This document shows positions 28,456-42,231 of a stretch of DNA of 64,000 nucleotides, one piece after another (position 1 is the first letter of the stretch; every line of letters starts with the position of its first letter). The notes beneath the pieces were generated by a model. The model was not told the origin of the DNA. It searched no databases and saw only the letters and a list, made by a program, of their open reading frames with translations. The stretch comes from the human T2T-CHM13v2.0 reference genome, Homo sapiens. The stretch is taken from NCBI RefSeq assembly GCF_009914755.1, contig NC_060930.1. One strand, given 5' to 3'. The translations under genes and the position numbers were made by a program.

Positions 28456-28878
28456 GTATTAATTTCCTAGAGCTGCCATCAGAAAATACCACAAACTGGG
28501 TGTTTTAAACAACATTCATTCATTTTCTCACAGTTCTAGAGGTTACAAGTCCAAGATGAAGGTGTCAAAGGTGTCACACAGCTTGTTTGATTTCTTCTGA
28601 GACCTCTCTCCTCAGCTTGCAAATGGCTGCCTTCTCATTTGTGTCATCACTTGCTCTTTCCTCTGTGTACACACTTCTCTGTGTGTGTGTGTGTGTCATA
28701 ATCTCCTCTTCTTAGAAGGACACAAATCATATCCAATTAGGGTCCTGCCTAATGGCCCCATTTTATATTAATCATCTCTTTAAAGGCCCTGTCTCGAAAA
28801 CAGTAACATTCTGAGGTACCAGGTATTAAAGCCTCAACATATGAATTTGTGGGAGGAAGACGCAATTCCACCCATAAG
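28456..28878 (-). mobile_element. MaLR solo LTR (MLT1B/C-like)
   Basis: gtattaatttcctagagctgcc...aaaataccacaaactgggtg...cacagttctagagg...aacatatgaatttgtggg. Confidence 0.85.
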
Positions 28879-29019
28879 GAAGTGAGGCATCGTAAATCAC
28901 AGGAAGGGGTGGAAAGGCACTGAGAATCATAGGCCTGGAGATGGGGTTTGGGCCAAGTCTAGTCAGATTTCCATGAGTAAGTCCTATGCAACATTTAGAT
29001 GACATCTGGACTGTTCTGC

Positions 29020-29170
29020 AAGATAAGGATGACTTTTTCTATTTCAAAGGTGAGAAGAATAAGGCTCACAGAGTTTAGCAACATGCTCAAGATCTCACAG
29101 ATTCATAAATAGCAGACACAGGAATTGACCTAGCTTTATCTGACTCTAAATGCTAGTCTCTTTCCATTAA
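29020..29170 (-). mobile_element. MIR fragment
   Basis: MIR core aaggtgagaagaataaggctcacagagttt...ctcaagatctcacag. Confidence 0.7.
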
Positions 29171-29339
29171 ATCATGTTGCTAAATCTGCTTTTCTCTAAG
29201 CTCAAACATACAAAATAATTATAGCTGAAATACAATTAGGTATTCTATTCAATCGTATTATTCTTAAATTTGCATTCCATTAGCTTCTTCTAGTATTTTA
29301 ATTTTCATTATAGACTTTAACAAGCTAAAAACCTAATTA

Positions 29340-29650
29340 TTTCACTTGACATGTATGTTTTGAGTCCCTGAAATGTGCCAGGCACTATTCTAGTGATTGT
29401 GGTATACAAAAAAAAAAAAGAACAAAAATATCCATGCTCATTGAGGTCATATTCTAGTTGGTGGTTTAAGATGAAGACAGAGAATAAACAAAAAGATTAA
29501 ACTGAGTATATATTATACTATATGGAAATAAATACTATAGAAAAAATGAAGCGAATTATTTGAGGTGAGGGGTCGGTATGTAAGTTGTAATTAATGTAGT
29601 CAGAGCAGGCTTTCCTGAGAGGCTGAATACACTGTTTGAATGAGAGGATA
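29340..29650 (-). mobile_element. L2 3' fragment
   Basis: atgtgccaggcactattctag...ctcattgaggtcatattctag. Confidence 0.6.
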
Positions 29651-30453
29651 TGTTCTGGATTAATAGAATAATAATAATTTTAAAAGCAGACTTGCAGAAT
29701 TCTATGGGAACCCAAGCTCTTAGTTACCTTTCATTGGGTATTTTATTCATAAGCATTTTATTCCTCACTCTATTTGTATCACACAACCAGCTAGAATTAC
29801 ATTGGACATAATAATTCACATAATGGAAGGGAAGGCAGCACTAGGAACACAATAAACTCATCATTCGTGTTGCTCTTTCTTTCTCTCTCCCTCTCATTTT
29901 CCTCTCTCTCTCCTCATTCTCCATGTATCATCCCTCTTTGTCTTTCAGCCACCTCCACTCAGCAGAAAACACAGCCATCTCTGTAGCTGCTTTGCAGTCA
30001 CATTATTCAGTGGCCAACCAATGAGAGAAGAAAGCTTCTTCCTCGATCTCAGTTTTCAAACTGACAAAGGAGGACCCTAATTAGCTTAGGTCACAGGACT
30101 TGACCGGTGGTGGTACCCCCACCCCCCCAAACCATATGAGCATTTCTCAGATAAAAGAGGGTGATATTCTGGACAGATAAAAGTAACTGTTTAGTAGAAT
30201 GATCATAAACATCTTTCTTTAAGCAGAGAGAGAATTGCAATTCATAGTCAGCTCTGCTGAGTTAATCAATAGGATCTTTTGTGGATCTTTTGCTCATATG
30301 TGTGTAGTGTTCGAATTTTTATTTTCCTCCTTGGGGCTATATGGAAAAGGAAGAAAGCATGAGGATAAGAGGAAAAGTGGGGATATGGCAGCCAATCCTA
30401 TAACCCTTCAACTCTGCTACCCACATCTACAATTAATGTGTGTTGTAAAGTCG

Positions 30454-30896
30454 TGTGGTAGACTAATAATGGCATGAATGGTTATGTCCACATCCCCATC
30501 CCAGGAATCCCTAAATGTTACCTTATTTGTAAAAGGGTTTTTGCAGGTATAATTGAGAATCTTGAGATGAGGAGATTAACCTGTACTATCCAGGTAGGCT
30601 TTAACTACCATCAGAAGTGTCTTATAAGAGGGAAGCAGAGGGAGATAAGACATGTGGAAAAAAGATGGAGATAGAAATTGGAGTGTGATGCAGCCACAGC
30701 CAAGAAATGCTGACAGCCACCAGAAGCTGGAAGAAACAAGGAAGGATTCTCCCCCAGATCCTCCAGAGGGAACAAGTTCTCATGACACCTTTATTTTGGA
30801 CTTCTGGCCTCCGGAACTGCGAGAGAATAGATTTTTGTGGTTTTAAGCCATCAAATGTGTGGTAGTTTGTTACAGCAGCATTAGGTAACTAATACA
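30454..30896 (+). mobile_element. MaLR solo LTR (MLT1D-like)
   Basis: tgtggtagactaataatgg...cagaagctggaaga...ttctggcctccggaactg...ttgttacagcagcattaggtaactaataca. Confidence 0.9.
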
Positions 30897-32254
30897 GATT
30901 TGGATGACTAAAAAATACAGCTGGAGTTCTCGGCAAGCTGAGACGTTAAAAGCTGTCTATGTTAAAACAAAACAATTAAGCCAAGGGGTCTAGTGAGGGA
31001 CCACAAAAAAATGGAGCAATGACCTGACCCATTATTCATGAGTGGGGCCAGAGAACATTACAGGATTGAGAGCTCACCAATCTTCAGTCGTATGTGTGCT
31101 GTAGACTTAACGCTCAATAAGTGAGCAAGTGAGCCTACTATTACATCCCCAAAGTTCTGTTGTCTCTAAACTGAGGTACAAGTTTGAGAATCAGGGGTTA
31201 CAAACCTGGACAACAAATCTGTCACACAGAGACAGGATTTCATGAGTTTATAAAAGTGACTGTCTTTAAGGATATGAACTATGTTTTATGCTTTTTTTTT
31301 TTTTTTGGTTTCAGTCTTTCCCTTGATTCTCCACCTTACATAGGACTTTGCTCATGGTTTTATACAAATCTTTATAATTGATTATTGTAAAAAGATTCAG
31401 TATAGTGTGTGGAGGCTACTTACTTCCTGTGGACTGGATGTAAATCAAGAGATGGATGCAACAGAAAAAATGAAAAAAAGATAGGAGTGCATAGAGAAAT
31501 CAATAACCAAGATGCATACATTTAGGGATATCTTTCTTAAATTATAACTTTGAAGGTTAGTGTAAGGTGTTGCTCTGCTAAAATGAAAATAATAGCAATG
31601 ATTTGCAGCCTTCAGAGTTAGTGGATAGAACACTTTCAACATCAGGTATTTCCTCCAGCAATTTTCATTGCAATTTTGATGTAAATACCAAATTTATAAT
31701 AGAATCTAGTAAAACATAATATTTATTTGAGCTAAAATTATATACTTATCTATTTTACATCTAATAAATCAATATTTCAAGGGATTTTGCAAAGGTTACT
31801 TTCAGGCAGTTTCTTCTCTGAACAGTTTGACATGTATCGGTTTATGTTATCCTCCATGCAGGATATTATTTTTGAGTTCAAGAATGTGTGAAAATAGAGC
31901 ATCTTTAGGGATTACCTATAAAGTATTTTTAAAAGAATTATTTAATAGAATATCTTGATATTTTATCTGGGCCCCATCCCAACATTATGACTGAATTGAT
32001 CTGTTTTAGCTACTGAGCATTGGTAAGTTCTTAAAGTTCTTCAAGTTATAGAGATAAATAACTAGTTTGGGGAACCACTGCCTTAGAGCCTTATTAGTCC
32101 TGGACTATGAAGGAAACCTCCTAATGAGGCTAAAAGTTCATCAAAACTAGTCTGCAGAAAAACAAAGCTTATCAGAAAATTGAACTGCCATGTTCAGAAC
32201 CTAAGCAGCTCCTGAGGTCATCAACTTGAATATGTGTATAAAATTCAGGAGATT

Positions 32255-32543
32255 GGCCAGGCACAGTGGCTCATGTCTATAATCCCAGCACTTTAGGAGG
32301 CTGAGATGGGCGGGTCATGGGGTCAGGAGTTCGAGACCAGCCTGGCCAACATGGTGAAACCCCATCTCTACTAAAGATACAAAAAATTAGCCGGGTGTGG
32401 TGGTGTGTGCCTGTAATCCTAGCTACTTGGGAGGAAGTAGCTTGAACCTGGGAGGCGGAGGTTGCAGTGAGCCGAGATAAGGCCATTGCACTCCAGCCTG
32501 GGCAACAGGGCAAGACTCTGTCTCAAAAAAAAAAAAAAAAAAA
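32255..32543 (+). mobile_element. AluS (Sg-like) with small fold-back deletion-insertion in right arm
   Basis: Alu dimer with A-tail. Confidence 0.95.
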
Positions 32544-32977
32544 TCATTGGATTATTTTGAAAAATATACTATAATAATTAATTGAATGGAGTGAGGGTCC
32601 AATAAAGACTTACTGGGCCAGTAGGTGGAGTTAGAGTCCACCAATGCTGTGATTTGAAAACTACTTGTTCTGAGGTCTTTCACTTTTCAGTGATTAAGCA
32701 ACATCTTCCAGTTCATGTATTGCTTTTAGGGAAAGTAGTGGGTATTGGTAAGAGTGACATATAATATTATTGTGCTCATATATCAACATTATTATTGACT
32801 AGCATATTACAGTGGCTTCTGGCAGGGAAAGTTTATGCAGTGACACATTTTCTAAACCAGACATATTGTTTGACAAGTCTAATAGACTCACAGATATAAT
32901 AATTGAATTAGAAACTAATTTTTTATTCATGCATATTTATGGATGCTTACTATATGTAAAGTTCATTATTAATTTTA

Positions 32978-33298
<321 letters not shown>

Positions 33299-33419
33299 TA
33301 GTGTTTCAGAGTTTACATATGAGTAATCTTGGACACCATTCATTCTCAACTTGTGGAACTCTTTAGGAAATAAACAGCAGTGCATTTTGCTAAATGGTTA
33401 GACTTGAAAACAAAATAGT

Positions 33420-35080
33420 TTAACTTAACAGTAATTTCACAGACATTTTTCAAGTGTACAATTTGACATAGGTGCAAACTAGTGTGTAGACACAGGTATG
33501 CACCAGTGAAACTATCACCACAATCAAGATGATGAACATATTAAGCATCCCCAAATGTTTTCTCTTGCTATTTTGTAATTCCTCTCTCCCTTCCCTCTGC
33601 ACTCTAGCCTCTTTCCTCAGGCAACAAATGATCTGCTTTGCTACTACAGATTAGTTTGATTTTTCTAGAATTTTATGTAAATGCAACAACATAGAATGCA
33701 CATTTTTTACAGTTACCTGCTTTAACTCAACGTAATTATTTGGAGCTTCCTCCGCATTTTGATTTTTATCCAAGTCTATTTTATATTGCTCAGTAGCAGT
33801 TTATGGTATGAGTTTGTTTATCCTTTAATCTGCCCCAAGTCAACTTGAAAAAATATGTATATTCTGCTGCTGCTTGGTGAAGTGTTCTATAATTGTCAAT
33901 TAGGGCAGAGTTGGTAGTATTGTTCAAGTTTTCCATATCTTTGCTGATTTTCTGTATACCTGCTCTCTGTTATTAAGAGAGGTTTTGAAACTCTTACTAT
34001 AGTTTTTGATTTATCAGTTTCTCACTGCAATTCTATTAGTTTTGCTTAAAGTATTTAAAGATTTTACCTTCTCCCCAGTAATGTGTAGGGGTTCCAGTTT
34101 TGTCACATACTCCCCGTCAACTTACTTTTTGATTGGTGTTAGAATAGTAGGTATACTTTTTTGCATCCTTTATAATTAACTTATTATATCTTTAAGTTTA
34201 AAATGTGTTTTTTGTAGGCTGCATACAGTTTGGCCTTTTAAAATTATTCAAAGTGACAATCTATGGGTTTTAACTGGAGTACTTAAAATCATTTACATTT
34301 TGTGTGATTGTTGACAATGGTTTAAAACTATCATCTCGCTATTTGTTCCCAATTTGTCCCATTTGTTTGTTCTTCCGTTTTTCCTCTTTTTCTGACTTCT
34401 TTTGGAGTAACTCAATATTTTTGTGATTCAATTTTATCTTCTTTATTGTCTATTTTTCCTTTTCAGTTTTGCCTCTAATAATTATTAGGTGGAACCAAAG
34501 CAGTTCTCAGTTTAGGGCTCATTGTTTCTTACTACTTAGTAAGATCTTTTTATATACTCTACACAATGTCCCATTAATAACGAAAGGTGTTTTCCAGTAT
34601 GACAATTGAGACATTATTCCCAGTCCTGTGCGAATGCTGGACACAATTACCTCTGATATTTTAGGCAGTCATTTTCCCCCGAACTCAGTTATTTATTCCC
34701 ATACAGGTACTGATCAATATTCTGCAGATACCTGGAATTCTCTCCTTGTGCATCTCTCTCCTGTCTAGTACTCTTACAATTTTTAGCTGCCTTGGTTTCC
34801 TTGAACTCTCACTTCTCTGTTCTCAATTCAGGAAGTTTCCCAAGCTTTACCTGAGTTCCTCCTCACTATGTCATAGACTGGAAACTTTCTGAAAAGCACA
34901 AACTGGGGAAATTGTAGGGCTTATCTTATTTGTTTCCTGTCTCTCAGAGATCACTGTTCTTCCCTATCAGATGTCCAATATCATGAAACACTTGTTTCAT
35001 ATATTTTGTATGTTTTTTGTTGTTTTAGGTCAAAACGTAAGTCTAGTTCATGTTAACTACATATGACCAAAAGCACGTGC
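33420..35080 (-). mobile_element. Fragmented ancient L1MC/MD-type element
   Basis: aagtgtacaatt...caccacaatcaagat (3' end), gtatattctgctgctgcttggtgaagtgttcta (ORF2 endonuclease region) and 5'-like sequence. Confidence 0.65.
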
Positions 35081-37076
35081 CATCTAACCTTTATTCTGCT
35101 TGTAAGTATAGCTTTGTATCCCTATCTTCCACTAGATCATGAATGTTTGACAAATAGGTTCTTTGTCAATTTCCATCTTTATTTCTGTCCCCATGGCTTA
35201 TACAGTATTTTATATGCATTAAGTACTTAGTAAATGTTTGTGGAATTTGAATAAACAAAACTTCAAGTTGGGATTTGTTCAGTGTTGTACTTGGTAGTTT
35301 ACATAACTTAAAAACATGAAAAGTTAGACTCTGTCCCCCAACCTCATTTTATAATTGTACCAAATATGGCCCACAAGAGTACATAACTTTTCCAAAATTA
35401 GAGTCCAACATAAAATATACTCATGCTGTATGATTTTAAGCAAAATCCTAATCAACCTATGGTTTGGTTTTCATATCTATAAAACGAAAATAATAATACC
35501 AGCTCTAACTAAATGATTGCTGTAATAGCAATTGTTATGTAAATATATATTTAGGGTATAGGAGACATGTACATTATTGAATCAACATACTCTCACAGAT
35601 GCTTGAAGCCATTCAGTTGGTTCACAAATAATGTGCCATATTTACCACACTGCAAATAAAATTTCTCATTTTTATGGTAAATGGTGGAAACACATGGACA
35701 ATACTATAATGTGCCATGATACCATAAAATTACAAAGAATTTATGTGGCATAGTGTTCTCTTAGCAGCCATCTAAAATATTAATGGAAACAATGATTTTA
35801 CATATAAAATGTTTGATTTTCAAAGGACTTCAAACCTTTTAAAGCATTTAATGGAAAAAAGCATAAATGAATAGTCACTATTTCTTTGTTCAAAAGAGAA
35901 AATAAAACATTCTTAACTAGACATCTGCTTGTATATACAGGTTAGCAATATTGGTAACTATGAGAGATACTGATCCATGACTCATCTAACAACGTACACC
36001 AAAGGTATTTATATTTCCATATAGTCGTATTTATGGTTTTGCATTTTTGTCTATTTTTTGTGATCCTTTATGTGCTTCTTAAAAACTTGAAAGTTAAAAT
36101 GCAATGCCCATTCCCTTTGTACAATACATTTCTAAATGTATTTAAGAAAGCAGTTTTAATAGTAATTTAAACTTTATTACATCTCATAATTTAAAACATT
36201 ATGAAGATACTATTAAAATAGACTTACTGATTTTAATTATTTTTGAAGGGTTTTTTTTTTAGATATAGGAATTTTGTTTAATCTGTTAGGTTTCAGGGGT
36301 ACCCCCAAAGTTAACCAGCTCTCTTTGAAGATGCGGTCAAACTCACTAAGCCATATGCTTCCAATAGGTAACTTATTCCTTAGCTAAACACTAAACTATT
36401 TGGGAAAATGTTTGATCTCTTTCATTTCCCTCGTTAGCACGATTCAGCCTCAAGTCATGCTAAACAGGAAGGCCCTCTGATACAATGATGAGCATCATAA
36501 TAGTAGTAGGATTTGGCTAATCAACAAAAATTAAATGAACACTAGCAGCCTAAAGGAGCCAGAATGTGTGAAAAGGATTGTTTCTTTCAGCTTTAATTAA
36601 CTTTTGTCTTTGCCCAGAACATGCTGTGTTTTAAGCCTGGCCAGACTTTCTTAAAGGTCTGAGCCTTTGGGCAGGCACTAAATGGAAAACTTGATTTACT
36701 GTAAACAAATTCAGCTTTCTTGTATTTGTTTGCTTACTCACAAAATAATATTGAAAAAAAATAACATGCATTTACATTAAATACTTTTTCCTTAATGTTG
36801 AACCTCATCTAAAAAAATGAGTTATTTAAAATGAATGCTGTATTATTTTTAAGGGGTAATTCAATTATACATTGTGCTAAACATCCGGAAGACATTTTAG
36901 GGAAGATAAACTCAATAAATTTGTGATTGTTTTTCTAAAAACATTTGTATTGTTCTCATAGAGAAGGTCTGCAAACAAGTATAGAAACAAAAGAACAAGG
37001 CCCCAAATTGTTATTGATACTAGTAAACCAATTAGAGCTTTAGAGAGGATGGTTTCTAAAAGAAAAGCCATTACTG

Positions 37077-37384
37077 GGCTGGATGCAGTGGCTCATGCCT
37101 GCAATCCCAGCACTTTGGGAGGCCAAGGCAGGTGGATCGCTTGAGCACAGGAGTTCAACTTCAGCCTGGGCAACATGACAAAACCTCAACTCTACAAAAA
37201 ATACAAAAACTAGCTGGGTGTGGTGGCATGTGCCTGTAGTCCCAGCTACTTGGGAGGCTGGTGGGAGGATCACCCAAACCTAGGGAGGTGGAGGCTGCAG
37301 TGAGCCTGGATCATGACAATGCACTCCAGCCTGGGCAACAGAGTGAGAACCTGTCTCAAGCAGAAAAAAGGAAAAAAAGAAAAA
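37077..37384 (+). mobile_element. AluJ
   Basis: J-type gcttgagcacaggag, gggaggatcacc; TSD aaaagaaaagccatta (37058-37073 / 37385-37400). Confidence 0.95.
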
Positions 37385-39069
37385 AAAAGAAAAGCCATTA
37401 GCAATGGAATAGAAAATTATACATCTTAGAAATATTTTATGACATTCCTGGTTTTAGCTTATTTGAAATGAAAACACCGAATCACAGAAATTGATAGAAA
37501 ACCAATAATTTGGCAAAGCACCTTCACATTAAGCATACAATTTAAATATGTTGGCAGGCATAATACAAATAGGTTTATTCAATGACACATTTGGAAATGT
37601 CATGAAGAAATGCTTGAACAGTTTTGAAATTTTCTTCTATAGTTGAGAGGAAAAGATTACTGCTTTTTGTATTACATGTTGTTTATTATTAGTATAAAGC
37701 TATTTTTAGTGGTAAGATTCAGGCAAATAGGGTTGAAAGGTATTGAAAATGAAATTTGCAGCAGCTTTGCCTTCCGAATATCTTCCCCAGCTACATTTTC
37801 GTGGATGAGCTTCATATGCTATAGGGAATAGCTATTTCTGTTGTCTTTTAGGTAAGGTTTTCCAGAGAAATTGTCTTTAAGCTTAAAATGTGTGGTCAGT
37901 GAAGAGATGTAATGCCTGTCTGATGCAAATCAGGATGCAGATCAAGGAAAGGTGTTGTCAGTCATACAGTCTGGCCTCTTTTGGAATTAATCAGGTGTCT
38001 GGGTTTGAATTTAACTGACACTTTTGACTAACATGTAAATGTTTTAGAAAACAAGTACATGTCTGCTAAGGTATTCCTATAAACACCTATTGATTTTGTA
38101 CCAGCAACACACAGTATTTGTTTATATTTTCTATTATAATAATATGCTGGTGATATCAGCTTATAAAATTCTAATGGTTCATTTTAATCTAGGAGATTTA
38201 GACACACCAACTAATATGTTCCTGAATATTTACAAAATGGAATTGCAGATCATTGCATTAAGGTATCTGGTACTATTTTTTCTGAGGACCAACACCATAA
38301 ATGTCAAATAAATATCACCTAGCACAGGTTCTTTAAACCTACTAATGGAAATTATTTCAAATATATACATATGTACTAAATGGAACTGCCATTATAATAT
38401 GATGCAGTAGAGAACTACAGAATTTGAGATCAGATTAACCCTTATTTGAATTTTGGCTTTACCACTATTCCATTTTGTAAAATGGTGATACTAATACAAA
38501 CATTGTATTTGGGGTGGTGGAGAAGATTTTGAGTTAATTTGCACAACTAAATTAGGATGCCCTGACACCGTAAAATTGCATAGGATCTAATTCATTCTTT
38601 TCAGGTTTAAAAAATCATTTTCTGTAATATCTGTTATTACTAACAAAAATATCAGTTCAGCTATAATAAATAATGAAAATATAAATCAAAATATTATGTA
38701 TTTCCCTTGGTCTAAAGGGTAATAAGAATGAAAATTCTTGGTGTTTTTCATTGCAAATGAGCAATATTTAGATACTAATACAAAATGATTTAAACTAGCA
38801 AAAGGGATTATTCTTATTTGGTTATATTCCATACACTTCAATGACCAGCTTAGCATAAGTCAAGGACACAGTATTCTATGAGAATAAAATAAATTGAGAA
38901 TTTGGGGAAATCCCCTAGAAAGATAAAATCCTGCACAACTTTTCCATAACTGATTCTCAGATATGAGTCTGGATAAACTGGATACTTTTTCCTCCCCAGT
39001 TTTTTGACCTGGGAAGAGTCTACTGAGGACTTGCATATCCCAAACAGAACAGGGATGGATTGTAGCCAG

Positions 39070-39454
39070 TAATATAGTTTGGATATTTGAGCCTTCGAAA
39101 CACATGTTAAAATTTCATCCACAATGTTGGAGATAGGGTCTAATGGGAGGTGTTTGAGTCATGGGGGCAGATTCCTCATGAATGGCTTGGTGCTGTGCTC
39201 GTGGTAATGAGTGAGTTCTTGCTCTATAAGTTCCCACTAGAGCTAGTTGTTTGAATCTTGCACCTCCCTCTCCTCTCTCTTGTCTATCTGTCTTTCCAAG
39301 TCATCTCTGCACATGCTGGCTACTCTACACCTTGTACCGTGATTGGAAGCAGCCTGAGGCTTTCACCAGATGCTCAGTTTTCTAGCCAGCAGAATTGTCA
39401 ATCAAATAACTTTTCCTTTATAAATAACCTTAGCAACACAAATGAGCTAAGACA
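39070..39454 (+). mobile_element. MaLR solo LTR (MSTB-like)
   Basis: atagtttggatatttg...gtcatgggggcagattcctcatgaatggcttggtgc...gctaagaca; 5-bp TSD gccag/gtcag. Confidence 0.9.
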
Positions 39455-40531
39455 GTCAGTAACGGCATGGTTTCACACATATAGAAGCTCACATTCAATG
39501 TCAATATCCCAGAAAAACAATCAGCATTGAAAGTCTCTCAAACAGGTTGCAACAAAGGCTATTTCAGAAACCAGAAGGTTCTATTGAAATTTTATTTACC
39601 CATCTCTTTCTCAAAGCCGTTGCTTTTTTTTTGCCTTCCCCCGACTCAATCAAGCCAGCAGCAGGAATGAGGGGTAGAGAGAAGGCAGTTCTTCTGCCTG
39701 TTTCTTGGCTTTTACTTTCACTTCCTCACTCCCTGTTCTGCCTTTGGGATCTATTCTGTCTATTCTTCAATGAGCTTCATGATCTTGCTAACCTATGTTA
39801 ATATAACCTCCTTCCAATTGCCCAATTCCCATCATATGTGATCTCAGTTAGAACAAGGGAAAGCCCAGGAGCTGAGCAGAGAAACCAAAGAAATCTGCTA
39901 GACGTGGGGAGTGGAAAAGAGTCTTGGAGACTCCGACAGTAAGGGTGTTTGTTTGATCACTAGAGTGTTCTTCCACCTTGGGGATTTGAAACGGGCTTTA
40001 TAAATATCATGGAATAAATAAATAATTGGATAAACAAATGTTTATACATTAGGATTCTGATTCCCAATGCTGTTGTAACTCTAACTTGTATACTGTGGAG
40101 GCAGTATACGTATGCTTCTCAGATTTTATTGTGAAGAATTTGGAACATCATCTGAACATAGATGGAAGGGGCAGGGCTAAAATGAGAGGCCAAATGTTCC
40201 TGAGACTTTGTGCTGAGCAGCAGTAAATGTGAATTTCCGACCAAGTTCTAAAACGAATGGAGAGCATTAGGAATCAAATATGAGATCATTAGGAGCCCTT
40301 TTAGAGTTGAAAATGGGCAAGTGTCCAGAATAAAACCTTTACAGGTATCATATTTTATACAATGAAAGTACATGAGGAATACCAATAATAATAGAGAACT
40401 GCAAGTTTTTAAAATTAGAGGTGACACCTTGCCACTTTAGACTTATGTGGAATCCTTAAGTCATTTTATGATTGTCCTTCCACAATGACCAATTGTGAAT
40501 TTCTCTGCACAACTGGGCTGATAAAAACTAT

Positions 40532-41595
40532 TTTTATAAAAAAATTTATTTTATTTTATTTTAAGTTCCAGGATCCATGTGCAGGACGTGCAGGTTTGTT
40601 ACATAGGCAAATGTGTGCCATGGTGGTTTGCTGCACCTATCAACACCCATCACCTAGTTATTAAGCCCCGCATGCATTAGCTGTTTATCCTGATGCTTTC
40701 CCACCCCCTACCCTCCCCTTGACAGTTTCCAGTGTGTGTTCTTCCCCTCCCTGTGTCCATGTGTTCTCATTGTTCAGTTCCCACTTACAAGTGAGAACAT
40801 GTGGTGTTTGGTGGTTTTCTGTTCCTGTGTTAATTTGCTGAAGACAATGGCTTCCAGCTCCATCCATGTCCCTGCAAAAACATGAGCTCATTCCTTTTTA
40901 GGAGTGCATAGTATTCTGTGGTGTATATGTACCATGTTTTCTTTATACAGTCTATCATTGATGGGCATTTGGGTTGATTCCATATCCTTGCTATTGTGAA
41001 TAGTGTTGCAGTGAACATATGTATATATGCAACTTTATAATAGAACGATTATATTCCTTTGGGTATATACCCAGTAATGGGATTGCTGGGTAAAATGGTA
41101 TTTTCTAGTTCTAGGTATCTGAGGAATCATCACACTGTCTTCCACAATGGTTGAACTATTAGGTTGGTGCAAAATAATGACAGTTTTACTATTACTTTTA
41201 ATAATTTACATTTCCACCAATAGTGTAAAAGCATTCCTATTTATCCACAACCTTGCCAGCATCTGTTGTTTCTTGACATTCTAATAATTGCCATTCTGAC
41301 TTGTATGAGATGGTATCTCATCGTGGTTTCGATTTGCATTTCTCTAATGATCAGTGATATCGAGCTTTTTTTCATATGTTTGTTTGCTGTATATATGTCT
41401 TCTTTTGAGAAGTGTGTATTCATGTCCTTTGCACACTTTTCAATAGAGTTGTTTGTTTTTTTTCTTGTAAATTTGTTTAAGTTCCTTGTAGATTCTGGAT
41501 ATTAGACCTTTGACAGATAGATAGATTGCAAAACTGTTCTTCCTTTCTGTAGGTTGTCTGTTCACTCTGATGATAGTTTCTTTTGCTGTGTAGAA
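40532..41595 (-). mobile_element. 5'-truncated L1PA8-10-like element
   Basis: L1 3'UTR plus ORF2 C-terminus; TSD gctgataaaaactat (40517-40531) / gctgataaagactat (41596-41610). Confidence 0.93.
41159..41201 (+). mobile_element. Solo Hsmar1/MADE1 terminal inverted repeat inserted at a TA inside the L1
   Basis: ttaggttggtgcaaaataatgacagttttactattacttttaa between duplicated TA (41157-58, 41202-03), interrupting L1 ttgaacTAatttaca. Confidence 0.85.
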
Positions 41596-41881
41596 GCTGA
41601 TAAAGACTATCTGTTGGTTCATGTTAGTAGGTCACATTTCAGGTGTGCATTGTTGTACTTTTTAAAAAAAATCAAAAACTTAATAGTTAAATTAAATTTT
41701 CAAAAAATTAGATTACATTTACATTGAAATCAAGATTAATAATAATAGAACTATTCTTCAATCGAACTTCAAATTACGAAAGTCACTTCTCAGTTGTCAA
41801 CAGAAGGGTACAGAGAATTTAAAATGGTGAACTCATTGGTTTTAAAATGTGGTTCAACTTAAAGGGAATTTAGAAGTAACT

Positions 41882-42220
41882 GGCCAGGCATGGTAGCATT
41901 TCTATAATCCCAGCATTTCTATAATCCCAGCATTTTGGAAGGCTGAGGTTGTAGGATTGTTTGAGGCCAGGACTTTGAGACCAGCCTGGGCAAAATAGGG
42001 AGACTAGCTCAACACAAAAAAAGTTAAAATTAGCTGAATATGGTGACGTATACCTCTAGTACTAGCTACTCAGGAGACAGGTGGGAGGATAGCTTGAGCC
42101 CAGGAGTTTGAGGTTACAATGAGCTCTGATTGTGTCACTGCACTCCAACGTGGGCAACAAAGCAAGACCTGGTAAAAAATAAACAATAAAAAATAAATAA
42201 GTAAATAAGTAAATAAATAA
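41882..42220 (+). mobile_element. AluJ with 17-bp internal duplication and (TAAA)n tail
   Basis: gcatttctataatccca repeated twice; J-type gcttgagcccaggagtttgagg. Confidence 0.9.
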
Positions 42221-42231
42221 AGGATCCTACA

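Noticed and set aside
37921-37947. Octamer ATGCAAAT with a degenerate tandem copy as an enhancer
   Set aside because: A single 8-mer is expected by chance in 64 kb of AT-rich DNA; conservation cannot be assessed here
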